In this document: positions 1-13,029 of the stretch, in pieces
How positions within the stretch are numbered: the first letter of the stretch is position 1
How the letters are laid out: each line of letters starts with the position of its first letter
From: Macrostomum lignano
Lineage: Eukaryota
DNA: 64,000 bases
Direction of reading: 5' to 3'
NCBI GenBank assembly: GCA_002269645.1
Contig: NIVC01000349.1
Location: forward strand, 62,001 to 126,000
The notes under the pieces: model-generated
Databases searched by the model: none
What the model was told of the DNA's origin: nothing
Seen by the model: the letters and a program-made list of their open reading frames with translations, nothing else
Position numbers and translations under genes: made by a program

Positions 1-222
1 AAGAGGGACCCACTGAAGGATCTGGAAGAGGGACCCACTGAAGGATCTGGAAGAGGCACTCACTGAAGGATCTGGAAGAGGCACTGACTGAAGGATCTGG
101 ATTAGTTGATGAGGCTAAATGTTTTGAATACACGAAGAGTCAGCAGCTTTACTGAGACTGGAATCTGCATTGTGAGCAGTTTAGCACTCCAATTACTCAA
201 TTTCGCACATACACGCTGCCAG

Positions 223-593
223 GTCAAGCTGACGTATTCGAAGCCCTTGGCACATGCGTGCTGGACAGCGCATTCCAAGGCTACAACGGATGCATATTTG
301 CCTACGGCCAGACAGGCTCGGGGAAATCCTACACAATGATGGGATCGCAGGACTCTCAGAAGGGGATCATTCCCCGACTATGCGACGCAATGTTCAATAG
401 GATTCAATCGCAGGGCGTCTCTGACGATTCCGTCAGCTGCAAAGTGGAAGTCAGCTATATTGAAATCTACAATGAGAAAGTGCACGATCTGCTGGATTTG
501 TCCGGACCGAAGAAGTACTTGAAAGTTCGAGAGCACAATATCTTGGGTCCGTATGTTGATGGATTGTCCCAGCTGGTTGTGTCCTCTTTTGAG
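223..593 (+). CDS. KIF13: KIF13-like kinesin-3, internal exon (motor domain, P-loop); upstream exons lie outside the window
   Basis: Translates GQADVFEALGTCVLDSAFQGYNGCIFAYGQTGSGKSYTMMG...VSYIEIYNEKVHDLL...LKVREHNILGPYVDGLS. AG acceptor 221-222, donor GTGAGT at 594. Confidence 0.93.
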
Positions 594-639
594 GTGAGTG
601 GTTTTATTAACTACCATAATGGATTTTATTTAGGACAGA

Positions 640-940
640 TTGAGTAGGTTTGCATGCAGAGCTCAGATCAGTTGAGTAGGTTTGCATGCAGATCTCAGAT
701 CAATTGAGTAGGTTTGCATGCAGATAGCTCAGATCAGTTGAGTAGGTTTGCATGCAGAGCTCAGATCAGTTGAGTAGGTTTGCATGCAGATCTCAGATCA
801 ATTGAGTAGGTTTGCATGCAGAGCTCAGATCAGTTGAGTAGGTTTGCATGTAGATCTCAGATCAATTGAGTAGGTTTGCATGTAGATCTCAGATCAGTTG
901 AGTAGGTTTGCATGCAGATAGCAGCAGATCTCAGATCAGT
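640..940. repeat. ~32-bp minisatellite (TTGAGTAGGTTTGCATGCAGA[G/T]CTCAGATCA[G/A]), ~9 copies
   Basis: Directly visible. Confidence 0.9.
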
Positions 941-2019
941 CATACAAAGGGAAGTGATATGCAAAAGTAAATATCGATAAAATGAGTAAGTGGCTTGGAT
1001 AATGAAAGAGAGTTGAGTGAATGAAGTGAGCGACAGGACCGCTCGGCCAGAGATAGAGAGATTCGGAGAATTGAATTGACGCCCGTGCGGGCAGTGGAAC
1101 TTGACTGCATGCGAGGAGTTCGGGGGCTCCAACTAACACGGATGATTTAGAAGGGGAGCCGAGCTGCAGCTGGGAAGGCTGGGGGCTCTTGGGACTTTTT
1201 TGGCGGGAATAGCTTATAAGAGCTTGTAGAAAGGAATTTTCCCACCATCGAATGCAGCGAACACAGAAAGGGAGCGGCGGTCGTCCCGCATAGAAATCTA
1301 ATTTTTATCCCCAAGGCTATCCTCTTCTAGCCTTCCATCCTTGCTTTGCCTATTTTTTCACCCTCAATCCTTATCCTGTGCCGGGGGACTGGGTCCATGG
1401 ACTCCTACATCTAGAACCTGGACCTAACTCTTATTCTAAAGCTTAAATGAAAGTCTTCGCGGTATTTGAGTATGAAAACAATGATTGCAATCAAGATTGA
1501 TAGGGTCATAAATAAAAGTTGGTTGAATTGTTTTGTGCGTGTTCTGGTGTGAACTCCAGATTCTGGCTCTGGTGTAATCCATGACTTTATAAGACTCTTG
1601 CCTACTGAAGTGTCTTGTCTTGTCTCCACACAGAGTTTGTTATCTCCTCTACCTCTACACACGCTGCGTGCACCTGCTAAAGCTTCAAGTTATCAGTTGT
1701 GTAGTGTGTGCTATAGTGTGGGCTTGCAGGCTCTGTGATATCTGTTCTGTGTGTTGTGTGTCATTTACCAACGTCTTTTAACTGGTCTTTTCCCGGTTCT
1801 CCTATGTCAGTTTTTTTAGCGGCCCATTTGTACACGCAGGCACAGCACTGGTACACACGCTCACACGGGGTGTACATCGGTCCTTTGACTTTCTAATACT
1901 GTCAGGCATGAATATAGCCGCGCCCCCAATCGACACGATAGGGGTCGTGGTGTGAGAGTTGGACTTGTTTACCGTTGTAAGCTGTTCTGCCATTCTGCCA
2001 ATTGCTTTCGAAGGGAGAA

Positions 2020-4510
2020 TGAGAGGGATGGAGAGAGTAAGAGGGAGAGAGTGAGAGTGAGAGAGTGAGAGGGTCGAGGGAGAGAGTGTGAGAGGGTGAG
2101 AGAGTGTGAGAGGGAGTGAGAGTGAGAGAGAGTGAGAGGATTTGAGAGGGGTAGAGAGAGTTAGAGGATCGAGGGAGAGAGTTTGAGAGGATGAGAGTGT
2201 GAGTGTGAGAGGATAAGAGAGTGTGGGAGGGGAAGAGACAGTGGGATGGAGAGAGAGAGTGAGAGTGAGAGGGAAAGAGTGTGAGAGTGTGAGAGTGAGA
2301 TGGAGAGAGAGAGTGAGAGTGAGAGGGAAAGAGTGTGAGAGTGAGAGAGTGTGAGGGAAAGAGTGTGAGAGTGAGAGTGAGAGGGAAAGAGTGTGAGAGT
2401 GAGAGAGTGTGAGAGTGAGAGTGAGAGAGTGAGAGGGAGATAGTGTGAGTGTGAGAGGGAGAGAGTGTGAGAGTGAGAGTGAGAGAGTGAGAGGGAGAGA
2501 GTGTGAGTGTGAGAGGGAGAGAGTGAGAGAGTGAGAGTGAGAGAGGGAGAGAGTGTGAGAGTGAGTGTGAGAGGGAGAGAGTGAGAGTGAGAGAGGGAGA
2601 GAGTGTGAGTGTGAGAGGGAGAGAGTGTGAGAGTGAGAGAGTGAGAGTGTGAGTGTGAGAGGGAGAGAGTGTGAGAGTGAGAGTGAGAGAGTGTGAGTGT
2701 GAGAGGGAGAGAGTGTGAGAGTGAGAGAGTGAGTGTGAGAGGGAGAGAGTGTGAGAGTGAGAGTGTGAGAGTGAGAGAGTGAGAGTGTGAGAGAGTGAGA
2801 GTGTGAGTGTGAGAGAGTGAGAGTGTGAGAGTGTGAGAGTGTGAATGTGAGAGGGAGAGAGAGTGAGAGTGTGAGAGTGTGAGTGTGAGAGGGAGAGAGT
2901 GTGAGAGTGAGAGAGTGAGTGTGAGAGGGAGAGAGTGTGAGAGTGAGAGTGTGAGAGTGAGAGAGTGAGAGTGTGAGAGAGTGAGAGTGTGAGTGTGAGA
3001 GAGTGAGAGTGTGAGAGTGTGAGAGTGTGAATGTGAGAGGGAGAGAGAGTGAGAGTGTGAGAGTGTGAGTGTGAGAGGGAGAGAGTGTGAGAGTGTGAGA
3101 GTGTGAGTGTGAGAGTGAGAGTGTGAGTGTGAGAGGGAGAGAGTGTGAGAGTGTGAGTGTGAGAGTGAGAGAGAGAGTGTGAGAGTGTGAGAGTGTGAGT
3201 GTGAGAGAGTGAGAGTGTGAGAGTGTGAGTGTGAGAGAGTGAGAGTGTGAGAGTGAGAGTGTGAGAGTGTGAGTGTGAGAGGGAGAGAGTGTGAGAGTGT
3301 GAGAGTGTGAGTGTGAGAGAGTGTGAGTGTGAGAGTGAGAGTGTGAGTGTGAGAGGGAGAGAGTGTGAGAGTGTGAGTGTGAGAGTGAGAGAGAGAGAGT
3401 GTGAGAGTGTGAGTGTGAGAGAGTGAGAGTGTGAGAGTGTGAGTGTGAGAGAGTGAGAGTGTGAGAGTGAGAGTGTGAGAGGGAGAGAGTGTGAGAGTGA
3501 GAGAGTGAGTGTGAGAGGGAGAGAGTGTGAGAGTGAGAGTGTGAGAGTGAGAGAGTGAGAGTGTGAGAGAGTGAGAGTGTGAGTGTGAGAGAGTGAGAGT
3601 GTGAGAGTGTGAGAGTGTGAATGTGAGAGGGAGAGAGAGTGAGAGTGTGAGAGTGTGAGAGGGAGAGAGTGTGAGAGTGTGAGAGTGTGAGTGTGAGAGT
3701 GAGAGTGTGAGTGTGAGAGGGAGAGAGTGTGAGAGTGTGAGTGTGAGAGTGAGAGAGAGAGTGTGAGAGTGTGAGAGTGTGAGTGTGAGAGAGTGAGAGT
3801 GTGAGAGTGTGAGTGTGAGAGAGTGAGAGTGTGAGAGTGAGAGTGTGAGAGTGTGAGTGTGAGAGGGAGAGAGTGTGAGAGTGTGAGAGTGTGAGTGTGA
3901 GAGAGTGTGAGTGTGAGAGTGAGAGTGTGAGTGTGAGAGGGAGAGAGTGTGAGAGTGTGAGTGTGAGAGTGAGAGAGAGAGAGTGTGAGAGTGTGAGTGT
4001 GAGAGAGTGAGAGTGTGAGAGTGTGAGTGTGAGAGAGTGAGAGTGTGAGAGTGAGAGTGTGAGAGTGTGAGAGTGTGAGTGTGAGAGGGAGAGAGTGTGA
4101 GAGTGTGAGAGTGTGAGTGTGAGAGAGTGAGAGTGTGAGAGTGTGAGTGTGAGAGAGTGAGAGTGTGAGTGTGAGAGTGTGAGAGTGTGAGTGTGAGAGA
4201 GTGAGAGTGTGAGAGTGTGAGTGTGAGAGAGTGAGAGTGAGAGTGTGAGAGTGTGAGTGTGAGAGGGAGAGAGTGTGAGAGTGAGAGAGTGAGAGTGAGA
4301 GTGTGAGAGAGTGAGAGTGTGAGAGTGTGAGTGTGAGAGGGAGAGAGTGTGAGAGTGAGAGAGTGAGAGTGTGAGTGTGAGAGGGAGAGAGTGTGAGAGT
4401 GAGAGAGTGAGAGTGTGAGTGTGAGAGGGAGAGAGTGTGAGAGTGAGAGAGTGAGAGTGTGAGTGTGAGAGAGAGAGAGAGTGAGAGTGAGATGGAGAGA
4501 GATTGAGAGT
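2020..4510. repeat. Compound (GA)n/(GT)n low-complexity tract, ~2.5 kb
   Basis: Directly visible; generates spurious S/H/T/L ORFs. Confidence 0.95.
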
Positions 4511-5582
4511 GAGTGTCCTTCCCATCTCGCCCTGTGTCCTTTCCCAAGCTCACCCATCCGTTCCTCAAGCTTCTTTATCTTCATGTCCCTCCAGTACGGC
4601 CTCTGTCCCCAGCTGCCCACCCCCTCAGTCTGTCATCTGTGATTTTTTATATTCTTTAGCCGTTCTGTCTATATATTTTTATTACTTTCCTCGAATTCTG
4701 CTGTCTGGTGGCAGAGCGGACTAAACTGATTAAATTTTGCCTTTCTACTCGTATTCCATCTGTGCCATCGCCATTGTCAATTTCCCATTTGTAGATCTGT
4801 CCATTGTGCTCTCAATCTCCCACTCTGTCTCCGCTTCCTTCCCCCTCCTGTCCCGCTTTTTTGTTACTTGATTCTTGATTAAAATCGCATCATGGACTGT
4901 TATCCGGAGATCTGGATTAGAAAGCCATGGCCATTTAAACTCCAGGTTTCCAGTGCATCTTTTAACTGTCTATTTCATTATCAGCATTGCCCTGATTGAA
5001 TTTCTGGTTTACAATAGTACTATTAATTATAGTATAGTACCGTAATAAAAGCCTTATATGCATAAAATTTGCATATGAATGAGCGAGGGGCGGTAGCGTG
5101 TTTGAACATTCAATTGAGTTTGATAACAATTATAATCATAATAGTGTAATATTAATAATTCTATATGAATGTGCATATCTGTAGTTGGTTGCTTCAATTG
5201 CATACAGGGGATTTGGTTACTCTAATAAACTTGAGGCTGGCTCAAGCCCCAACTCAACATCAGAGGGACTAATGTATGCATCGGCTAGAGGGTCAAGCCA
5301 TTGATTAGATGTCAGGGCTTAACTTGAGCCTCGTTGCTTTGCAATTTCTTCTTTTTTTCCTATATACTTGCTGTGCATGTGTTACATAATCTCAACCGAT
5401 TCTGGATTAGGCTCCTGAATTCCTGGTCGCTTGCGTCCGCCTTTCAGTATGTTGAGGATGTTGGGGAGTGTTTTTGTACCAGCTAAAAAATCAGTAGAAT
5501 AGTATTGCTATATTTGTATTTTTATGTATTTCTTTCTCTATATGTAACATTTTTGGATTGGATATTTTTGTATATCTGTATA

Positions 5583-6700
5583 GCTGAGAGATGGGATCTG
5601 AGAGATGTGATGTGGAGTTGTGATATGAGAGATTGTGTCTGAGAGATGGGATCTGAAAGATGGGATCTGATAGATGGGATCTGAGAGATGAGATCTGAGA
5701 GATGGGATCTGAGAGATGTGATGTGGAGTTGTAATATGAGAGATTGGATCTGAGAGATGGGATCTGAAAGATGAGATCTGAGAGATGGGATCTGAGAGAT
5801 GTGATGTGGAGTTGTGATATGAGAGATTGTGTCTGAGAGATGGGATCTGAAAGATGGGATCTGATAGATGGGATCTGAGAGATGAGATCTGAGAGATGGG
5901 ATCTGAGAGATGTGATGTGGAGTTGTGATATGAGAGATTGTGTCTGAGAGATGGGATCTGAAAGATGAGATCTGAGAGATGGGATCTGAGAGATGTGATG
6001 TGGAGTTGTAATATGAGAGATTGGATCTGAGAGATGGGATCTGAAAGATGGGATCTGAAAGATGAGATCTGAGAGATGGGATCTGAGAGATGTGATGTGG
6101 AGTTGTAATATGAGAGATGGATCTGAGAGATGGGATCTGAAAGATGGGATCTGAAAGATGAGATCTGAGAGATGGGATCTGATAGATGGGATCTGAGAGA
6201 TGGGATCTGAGAGATGTGATCTGAAAGATGGGATCTGAGAGATAGGATCTGAGAGATAGGATCTGAGAGATGGGATCTGAAAGATGGGATCTGAAAGATG
6301 AGATCTGAGAGATGGGATCTGATAGATGGGATCTGAGAGATGGGATCTGAGAGATGTGATCTGAAAGATGGGATCTGAGAGATAGGATCTGAGAGATAGG
6401 ATCTGAGAGATGGGATCTGAAAGATGGGATCTGAAAGATGAGATCTGAGAGATGGGATCTGATAGATGGGATCTGAGAGATGGGATCTGAGAGATGTGAT
6501 GTGGAGTTGTAATATGAGAGATTGAATCTCAGAGATGGGATCTGAGAGATGGGATCTGAAAGATGGGATCTGGGAGATGGGATCTAGGAGATGGGATCTG
6601 AGAGATGGGATCTGGGAGATGGGATCTAGGAGATGGGATCTGAGAGATGGGATCTGAGAGATGGGATCTGGGAGATGGGATCTAGGAGATGGGATTAGAG
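5583..6700. repeat. 12-bp-based minisatellite (GAGATGGGATCT) with higher-order variants
   Basis: Directly visible. Confidence 0.95.
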
Positions 6701-6795
6701 AGATGGTGAAGCTATATAGAAGTAATATATAGAAGTAGATGCCACAGTTTAACAATCATAACCGCTAATACACCACCAACACCAACAACACACAG

Positions 6796-7605
6796 GACAT
6801 CGATAGCCTGATGAACGAGGGCAACAAGTCTCGCACTGTGGCCGCCACCAACATGAACAACGAGAGCAGCAGATCTCACGCTGTGTTCAACATCACCCTG
6901 ACACAGACCGTCAGCGACTATCAGCTGGATGTACAAGGCGAGAAAGTCAGCAAGTTGAGTCTGGTTGACCTCGCTGGCAGCGAGAGAGCCGTGAAAACCG
7001 GAGCAGTCGGCGACCGGCTTCGCGAAGGCTCAAACATCAACAAGTCGCTGACAACGCTCGGCTTAGTGATCTCAGCTCTGGCTGATAACTCCAAGACTAA
7101 GAAATTTGTACCTTACAGAGACTCAGTGCTCACCTGGTTGCTCAAAGACAATCTGGGTGGTAATTCTCGCACCTTGATGGTTGCCACACTGAGTCCGGCT
7201 GGGGATAACTATGAGGAGACTCTGTCAACTCTGCGCTATGCCGATCGAGCTAAGCGAATCGTCAACCACGCTGTTGTGAATGAAGATCCCAATGCTAGGA
7301 TTATTCGAGAGCTCAGAGAGGAAGTTGAAACTTTGAAAGCTCAACTGGAAAGTGCTCAAGCTGTGGCCGCTCCGCAGCTGACTGAGAAACTGCAGGAGAG
7401 CGAGAAACTGATGAAGGAGATGTCCAAGACTTGGGAGGAGAAACTGCTGGAGACTGAAAGACGGCACAAGGAGAGACACGAAGCCCTAGAGAAGATGGGC
7501 GTCTCAGTGCAGGCCAGCGGGATCAGGGTGGACTCGAGCTCGTGCTATCTGGTCAACCTCAATGCCGATCCCAGCCTCAATGAGCTGCTTGTGTACTATT
7601 TGAAG
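6796..7605 (+). CDS. KIF13: KIF13-like exon: switch I/II, neck, start of FHA region
   Basis: [31 protein letters not shown]...[10 protein letters not shown]...[13 protein letters not shown]...[18 protein letters not shown]...[22 protein letters not shown] acceptor 6793-6795, donor at 7606, phase 0/0. Confidence 0.95.
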
Positions 7606-7955
7606 GTGAGACTAGGGTGAGACTAGGCTGAGACTAGAGCAAGACTAGGGTGAGACTAGAATGCGACTATCGTGCGACTAGGGTGAGACTAGAGTGAGAC
7701 TAGAATGAGACTAGGGTGAGACTAGAATGCGACTATCGTGCGACTAGGGCGAGACTAAGGTGAGACTAAGGGGAGACTAGGGTGAGACTAAGGTGAGACT
7801 AGGGTGAGACTAGGGTGAGACTAAGGGGAGACTAGGGTGAGACTAAGGGGAGACTAGGGTGAGACTAGAGTGAGACTAGGGCAAAACGAGGGTGAGACTA
7901 GAGTGAGACTTGAGTAAGACTAGAGTGAGATTAGATTGAGAATAGAGTGAGACTA
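7606..7955. repeat. 11-bp minisatellite (GTGAGACTAGG) starting at the splice donor
   Basis: Directly visible. Confidence 0.9.
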
Positions 7956-8433
7956 GAGGGAGATCACAGACACAGTGAACCTATAAGCATGTCATGTCAG
8001 CAGGCTCCATAAACAGAAAATAAAATGCTGACTCACACATTTCACTCCCTGTGCACTCAATATGCTCACATATCAGTAAGTAAAATTTATTATCAGATTT
8101 GCTATCAAAAAACCAGACTTTAAGAACACCTGCCCTAATCGAGGTACACTTAATTAATTAGTCTTATTAGCTAATGTAATCTGCAATATACTGAAAAGTA
8201 ATAGGGGGTTAGGCAATCTCAACAAGTTAATTAAATGCACTGCAATCCTTACTTGATTAATAATAAGAATCTGATATAAATAGTGTTAAATAAAATTCAG
8301 AATTTGCGCATGTGACATTTTTGAGCCGAAGAGCACTAGAGCTGGGTGTTTCTAATTTGCATAGATTGCAGACTTTTGCAGTGTCAAGTTAATAACATTT
8401 TGCTTGTCCATATTCTCTGATCTATTTTGCAAG

Positions 8434-8564
8434 GAGCGAACCTGCATTGGTTGCGCCGAGAATCAGGATATTCAACTCAATGGTCTTGGCATAAAGCCGC
8501 AGCACTGCGTTATCACAGTCAGCAATGAGGACGATGTATTGATTGCGCCACAGCCCCATGCCAG
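8434..8564 (+). CDS. KIF13: KIF13-like exon: FHA domain part 1 (not in ORF track)
   Basis: Manual translation ERTCIGCAENQDIQLNGLGIKPQHCVITVSNEDDVLIAPQPHA. Acceptor AAG 8431-8433, donor GTGAGA at 8565, phase 0/2. Confidence 0.9.
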
Positions 8565-8584
8565 GTGAGACAAGATCTGGTGGA

Positions 8585-10470
8585 GTCCCCGATAGATATC
8601 TGCTGTGTGATCTAGTGAGATTGGATTCCCCGATAGATATCCTACTGTGTGATCTAGTGAGATTGGATTCCCCGATAGATATCTGCTGTGTGATCTAGTG
8701 AGATTGGATTCCCCGATAGATATCCTACTGTGTGATCTAGTGAGATTGGATTCCCCGATAGATATCTGCTGTGTGATCTAGTGAGATTGGATTCCCCGAT
8801 AGATATCCTACTGTGTGATCTAGTGAGATTGGATTCCCCGATAAATATCTGCTGTGTGATCTAGTGAGATTGGATTCCCCGATAGATATCCTACTGTGTG
8901 ATCTAGTGAGATTGGATTCCCCGATAGATATGATACTGTGTGATCTAGTGAGATTGGATTCCCCGATAGATATTTTAATGTGTGATCTAGTGAGATTGGA
9001 TTCCCCGATAAATATCTGCTGTGTGATCTAGTGAGATTGGATTCCCCGATAGATATGATACTGTGTGATCTAGTGAGATTGGATTCCCCGATAGATATCT
9101 CACTGTGTGATCTAGTGAGATTGGATTCCCCAAAAGATATCCTACTGTGTGATCTAGTGAGATTGGATTCCCCAAAAAATATCCTACTGTGTGATCTAGT
9201 GAGATTGGATTCCCCGATAGATATCCTACTGTGTGATCTAGTGAGATTGGATTCCCCAAAAGATATCCTACTGTGTGATCTAGTGAGATTGGATTCCCCG
9301 ATAGATATCCTACTGTGTGATCTAGTGAGATTGGATTCCCCAAAAGATATCCTACTGTGTGATCTAGTGAGATTGGATTCCCCGATAGATATCCTACTGT
9401 GGGATCTAGTGAGATTGGATTCCCCAAAAGATATCCTACTGTGTGATCTAGTGAGATTGGATTCCCCGATAGATATCCTACTGTGTGATCTAGTGAGATT
9501 GGATTCCCCGATAGATATCCTACTGTGTGATCTAGTGAGATTGGATTCCTCGATAGATATTTTAATGTGTGATCTAGTGAGATTGGATTCCCCGATAGAT
9601 ATCTCACTGTGTGATCTAGTGAGATTGGATTCCCCGATAGATATCTCACTGTGTGATCTAGTGAGATTGGATTCCCCGATAGATATCCTACTGTGTGATC
9701 TCGTGAGATTGGATTCCCCGATAGATATTTTAATGTGTGATCTAGTGAGATTGGATTCCCCGATAGATATCTCAATGTGTGATCTAGTGAGATTAGATTC
9801 CCCGATAGATATCCTACTGTGTGATCTAGTGAGATTAGATTCCCCGATAAATATCCTACTGTGTAATCTAGTGAGATTGGATTCCCCAAAAGATATCCTA
9901 CTGTGTGATCTAGTGAGATTGGATTCCCCGATAGATATCCTACTGTGTGATCTAGTGAGATTGGATTCCCCGATAGATATCTCAATGTGTGATCTAGTGA
10001 GATTAGATTCCCCGATAGATATCCTACTGTGTGATCTAGTGAGATTGGATTCCCCGATAGATATCCTACTGTGTGATCTAGTGAGATTGGATTCCCCGAT
10101 AGATATCTCAATGTGTGATCTAGTGAGATTAGATTCCCCGATAGATATCCTACTGTGTGATCTAGTGAGATTGGATTCCCCGATAGATATCCTACTGTGT
10201 GATCTATTGAGATTGGATTCCCCGATAGATATCTACTGTGTGATCTAGTGAGATTGGATTCCCCGATAGATATCTACTGTGTGATCTAGTGAGATTGGAT
10301 TCCCCGATAGATATCCTACTGTGTGATCTATTGAGATTGGATTCCCCGATAGATATCTGCTGTGTGATCTAGCGGATTCCCCGATAGATATCTGCTGTGT
10401 GATCTAGCGGATTCCCCGATAGATATCTGCTGTGTGATCTATTGAGATTGGATTCCCCGATAGATATCGA
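8585..10470. repeat. 42-bp minisatellite (GTGAGATTGGATTCCCCGATAGATATCCTACTGTGTGATCTA), ~45 copies
   Basis: Directly visible; 14-aa periodic ORFs. Confidence 0.95.
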
Positions 10471-10534
10471 TGGTCTAAATCTAGAGATTAATTTCTCCAA
10501 TAGATACTGAGATTCCCGCCCTCCCTCACGCCAG

Positions 10535-10656
10535 AACCCTGTTGAACGGTTGCGAGATCACATCACCAACGAAGGCAAAACACGGTGACAGGATTCTGTG
10601 GGGCAATCATCACTATTTTCGTGTTAATCATCCAAAGATGGCCGCGTCAGCTTCTC
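10535..10656 (+). CDS. KIF13: KIF13-like exon: FHA domain part 2 (not in ORF track)
   Basis: (R)TLLNGCEITSPTKAKHGDRILWGNHHYFRVNHPK matches the kinesin-3 FHA motif HGDRILWG. Phase 2/1, donor GTGAGT at 10657. Confidence 0.9.
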
Positions 10657-10739
10657 GTGAGTTGCTTTAATAAACATAAACAATTTTACAATAAATAATG
10701 AAATCAACTGGAAACTTTAATCAAACAATTTTTCGTTAG

Positions 10740-10862
10740 ATGAGACGTCAAATTTTGATTACGCGGATGCTCAAGCCGAAGTCGCCCTGAATGGCACCTC
10801 GTCTGAGTCGCTGCGGCTGGCTATGGAAGCTTTGGAACGGCGCTACGAGTCTGATAAAGAGG
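10740..10862 (+). CDS. KIF13: KIF13-like exon: post-FHA stalk
   Basis: ETSNFDYADAQAEVALNG...MEALERRYESDKE. Follows an 83-bp intron, TAG acceptor, donor GTGAGG at 10863, phase 1/1. Confidence 0.85.
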
Positions 10863-10884
10863 GTGAGGCAGTGTTTGCGGATAT

Positions 10885-11480
10885 CAGGGAGGATTTGACT
10901 GTCTACTGGATGGTCAGGGAGGGTTTGACTGTCTACTGGATGGTCAGGGAGGGTTCGACTGTCTACTGGATGGTCAGGGAGGGTTCGACTGTCTACTGGA
11001 TGGTCAGGGAGGGTTTGACTGTCTGCTGGATGGTCAGGGAGGGTTTGGCTGTCTGCTGGATGGTCAGGGAGGGTTTGACTGTCTGCTGGATGGTCAGGGA
11101 GGGTTAAGGAGTAGAATGGAAGGTCAGAGAGGGTGTAAGAGTGGAATGGAGGTTCAGAGAGGGTGTAAGAGTGGAATGGAGGTTCAGAGAGGGTGTAAGA
11201 GTGGAATGGAGGTTCAGAGAGGGTGTAAGAGTGGAATGGAGGGTCAGAGAGGGTGTAGGAGTAGAATGGAGGGTCAGAGAGGGTGTAGGAGTGGAATGGA
11301 GGGTCAGAGAGGGTGTAGGAGTGGAATGGAGGGTCAGAGAGGGTGTAGGAGTGGAATTGAGGGTCAGAGAGGGTGTAGGAGTGGAATGGAGGGTCAGAGA
11401 GGGTGTAGGAGTAGAATGGAGGGTCAGAGAGGGTGTAGGAGTGAAATAGAGGGTCAGAGAGGGTGTAGGAGTGGAAAGAA
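10885..11480. repeat. Two adjacent 30-bp minisatellites, both with a GAGGGT core
   Basis: Directly visible; 10-aa periodic ORFs. Confidence 0.9.
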
Positions 11481-11787
11481 GGAGTTAATACACTCATAGA
11501 CCGCCAATTTAGGAAATGCCTTCTGTTTACAAGAGTTAAGTATATATAGTTTCCGTATTGTCATGTCATAAATTAATAAGAACATTCTATCTTAATTCTA
11601 TTCTCTTTTTTGAATTAAAACTGCAGTTTTTCCTCTCTGCCGTCTCTGCCTAATCTGGCCTGTGCGATCAGGATTTCTCTTTGCACTGGGCATCAGTTCA
11701 CGCCTCGTCTGTCTCGCTCAGACTCCCGCTCCATCAGCTCGCCATCCTCGCTCCCCAACAAATTCTTCTTTTTTCGTTTTTTCGTCT

Positions 11788-11834
<47 letters not shown>

Positions 11835-13029
11835 GAGAGAGAGAGTAAGCGAAAGCTGAGATGGAAAGGGGATGGGAGAGGCGGAGATGAGGGGAAAAGT
11901 AGGGAATAAAGTTTGAAACTGGCCACGAGCCAGACCTGGTCATTCCCGAATCTCCCATGGGAGATCCCCGGCCTCTCCTTCATCCGCTCTTCCTGCGACA
12001 TTCCTTCATTCTCCGGCTCTGTGGCTCTGCTTTTGCTGCTGCTTGCTGCTTTTTGACGCTTGTTTTGTTCTTCACTAAATTTGTTGTCTCTAGATCTGTC
12101 TGAATCTGTAGATCTGTCTGTAGATCTGCCTGTAGATCTGTCTGTAGATCTGCCTGCATATCTGTATGAAGATCTGTTTGTAGATACATCTGTTCATAAA
12201 TTTGTTTATAGATGTCTATGGATCTGTCTGTAGATCTGTCTATATATCTGTATGTAGTCTGTCTGTATATCTGTCTATAGATCTCTCTCTAGATCTCTAT
12301 GTAGATCTGTATATAGATCTCTATCTAGATCTGTCTATAGATCTATCTGTAGGTTTAACTGTAGATCTCTGTAGATCTCTCTGTAGATCTGTCTGCAAAT
12401 TCCTATACCTATGAATGTGTCCGTATTTCCCTATAAAATTTCTATTCATTATTTGTCGAAAATGAAGAATAATAATTGTAATCATATAAATTTTTGATGC
12501 CTTATCTTTAATAAAATAAGTTAAAAGAATCCGGTGCGTCTGTGTCTGGTACTCCTGTGCTTGGTACGATACTACTAAGACACTCAGACAGCGAGCAAGA
12601 CATCTTTTCATGAAGTTTCATGGAGAACTAGTATGCTGTTTGTGTGTTGTGTGTGTCAGCCGTCAGCTCGAGCAATGGGGAGGCTGCCGAGGCAGGGATG
12701 AGAAGGCCGCTCTGTGTCCAGGGGATTTGTCTGTCCGCTTCCTTCCCTTCCCCTCATCCTCCACCCCCAGCTTCTCCTGCGAGTGCCGCGGCTAATTATC
12801 CTGTCTGAGAGCGCGCATCCCCGTCTCTGTGTTCATCTCTCTTCCTCTCCTTAACTCTGTTTTTTCCTGCTGCTGGCCCTTGCTTTTTTCCGAGTTTCTT
12901 TCTGCTCCGCTCTGTGCTCTCTTCACCGTCGTCTCTTAACTGTTGTTCGGTTTGCACTTCAAATCCTTCGCTTGTGTCTTATAAGCTCTGATGCGTCTTT
13001 CTCTTATCTTCTATTAAAGTACTTTTCAA

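Noticed and set aside
1802-4620. Three 800-900 aa ORFs, and other periodic ORFs at 5538, 8987-10248, 16715-17732, 20204-21367, 21849, 25478, 28029, 29204, 33328, 34178, 36405, 47192, 50436, 51750
   Set aside because: Translations of stop-free tandem repeats inside introns or flanks; no domain content.
4600-4900. - strand RKRRQSGRLRAQWTD resembling a LINE C-terminal motif
   Set aside because: Short, flanked by stops, no further homology visible; cannot be supported without a search.
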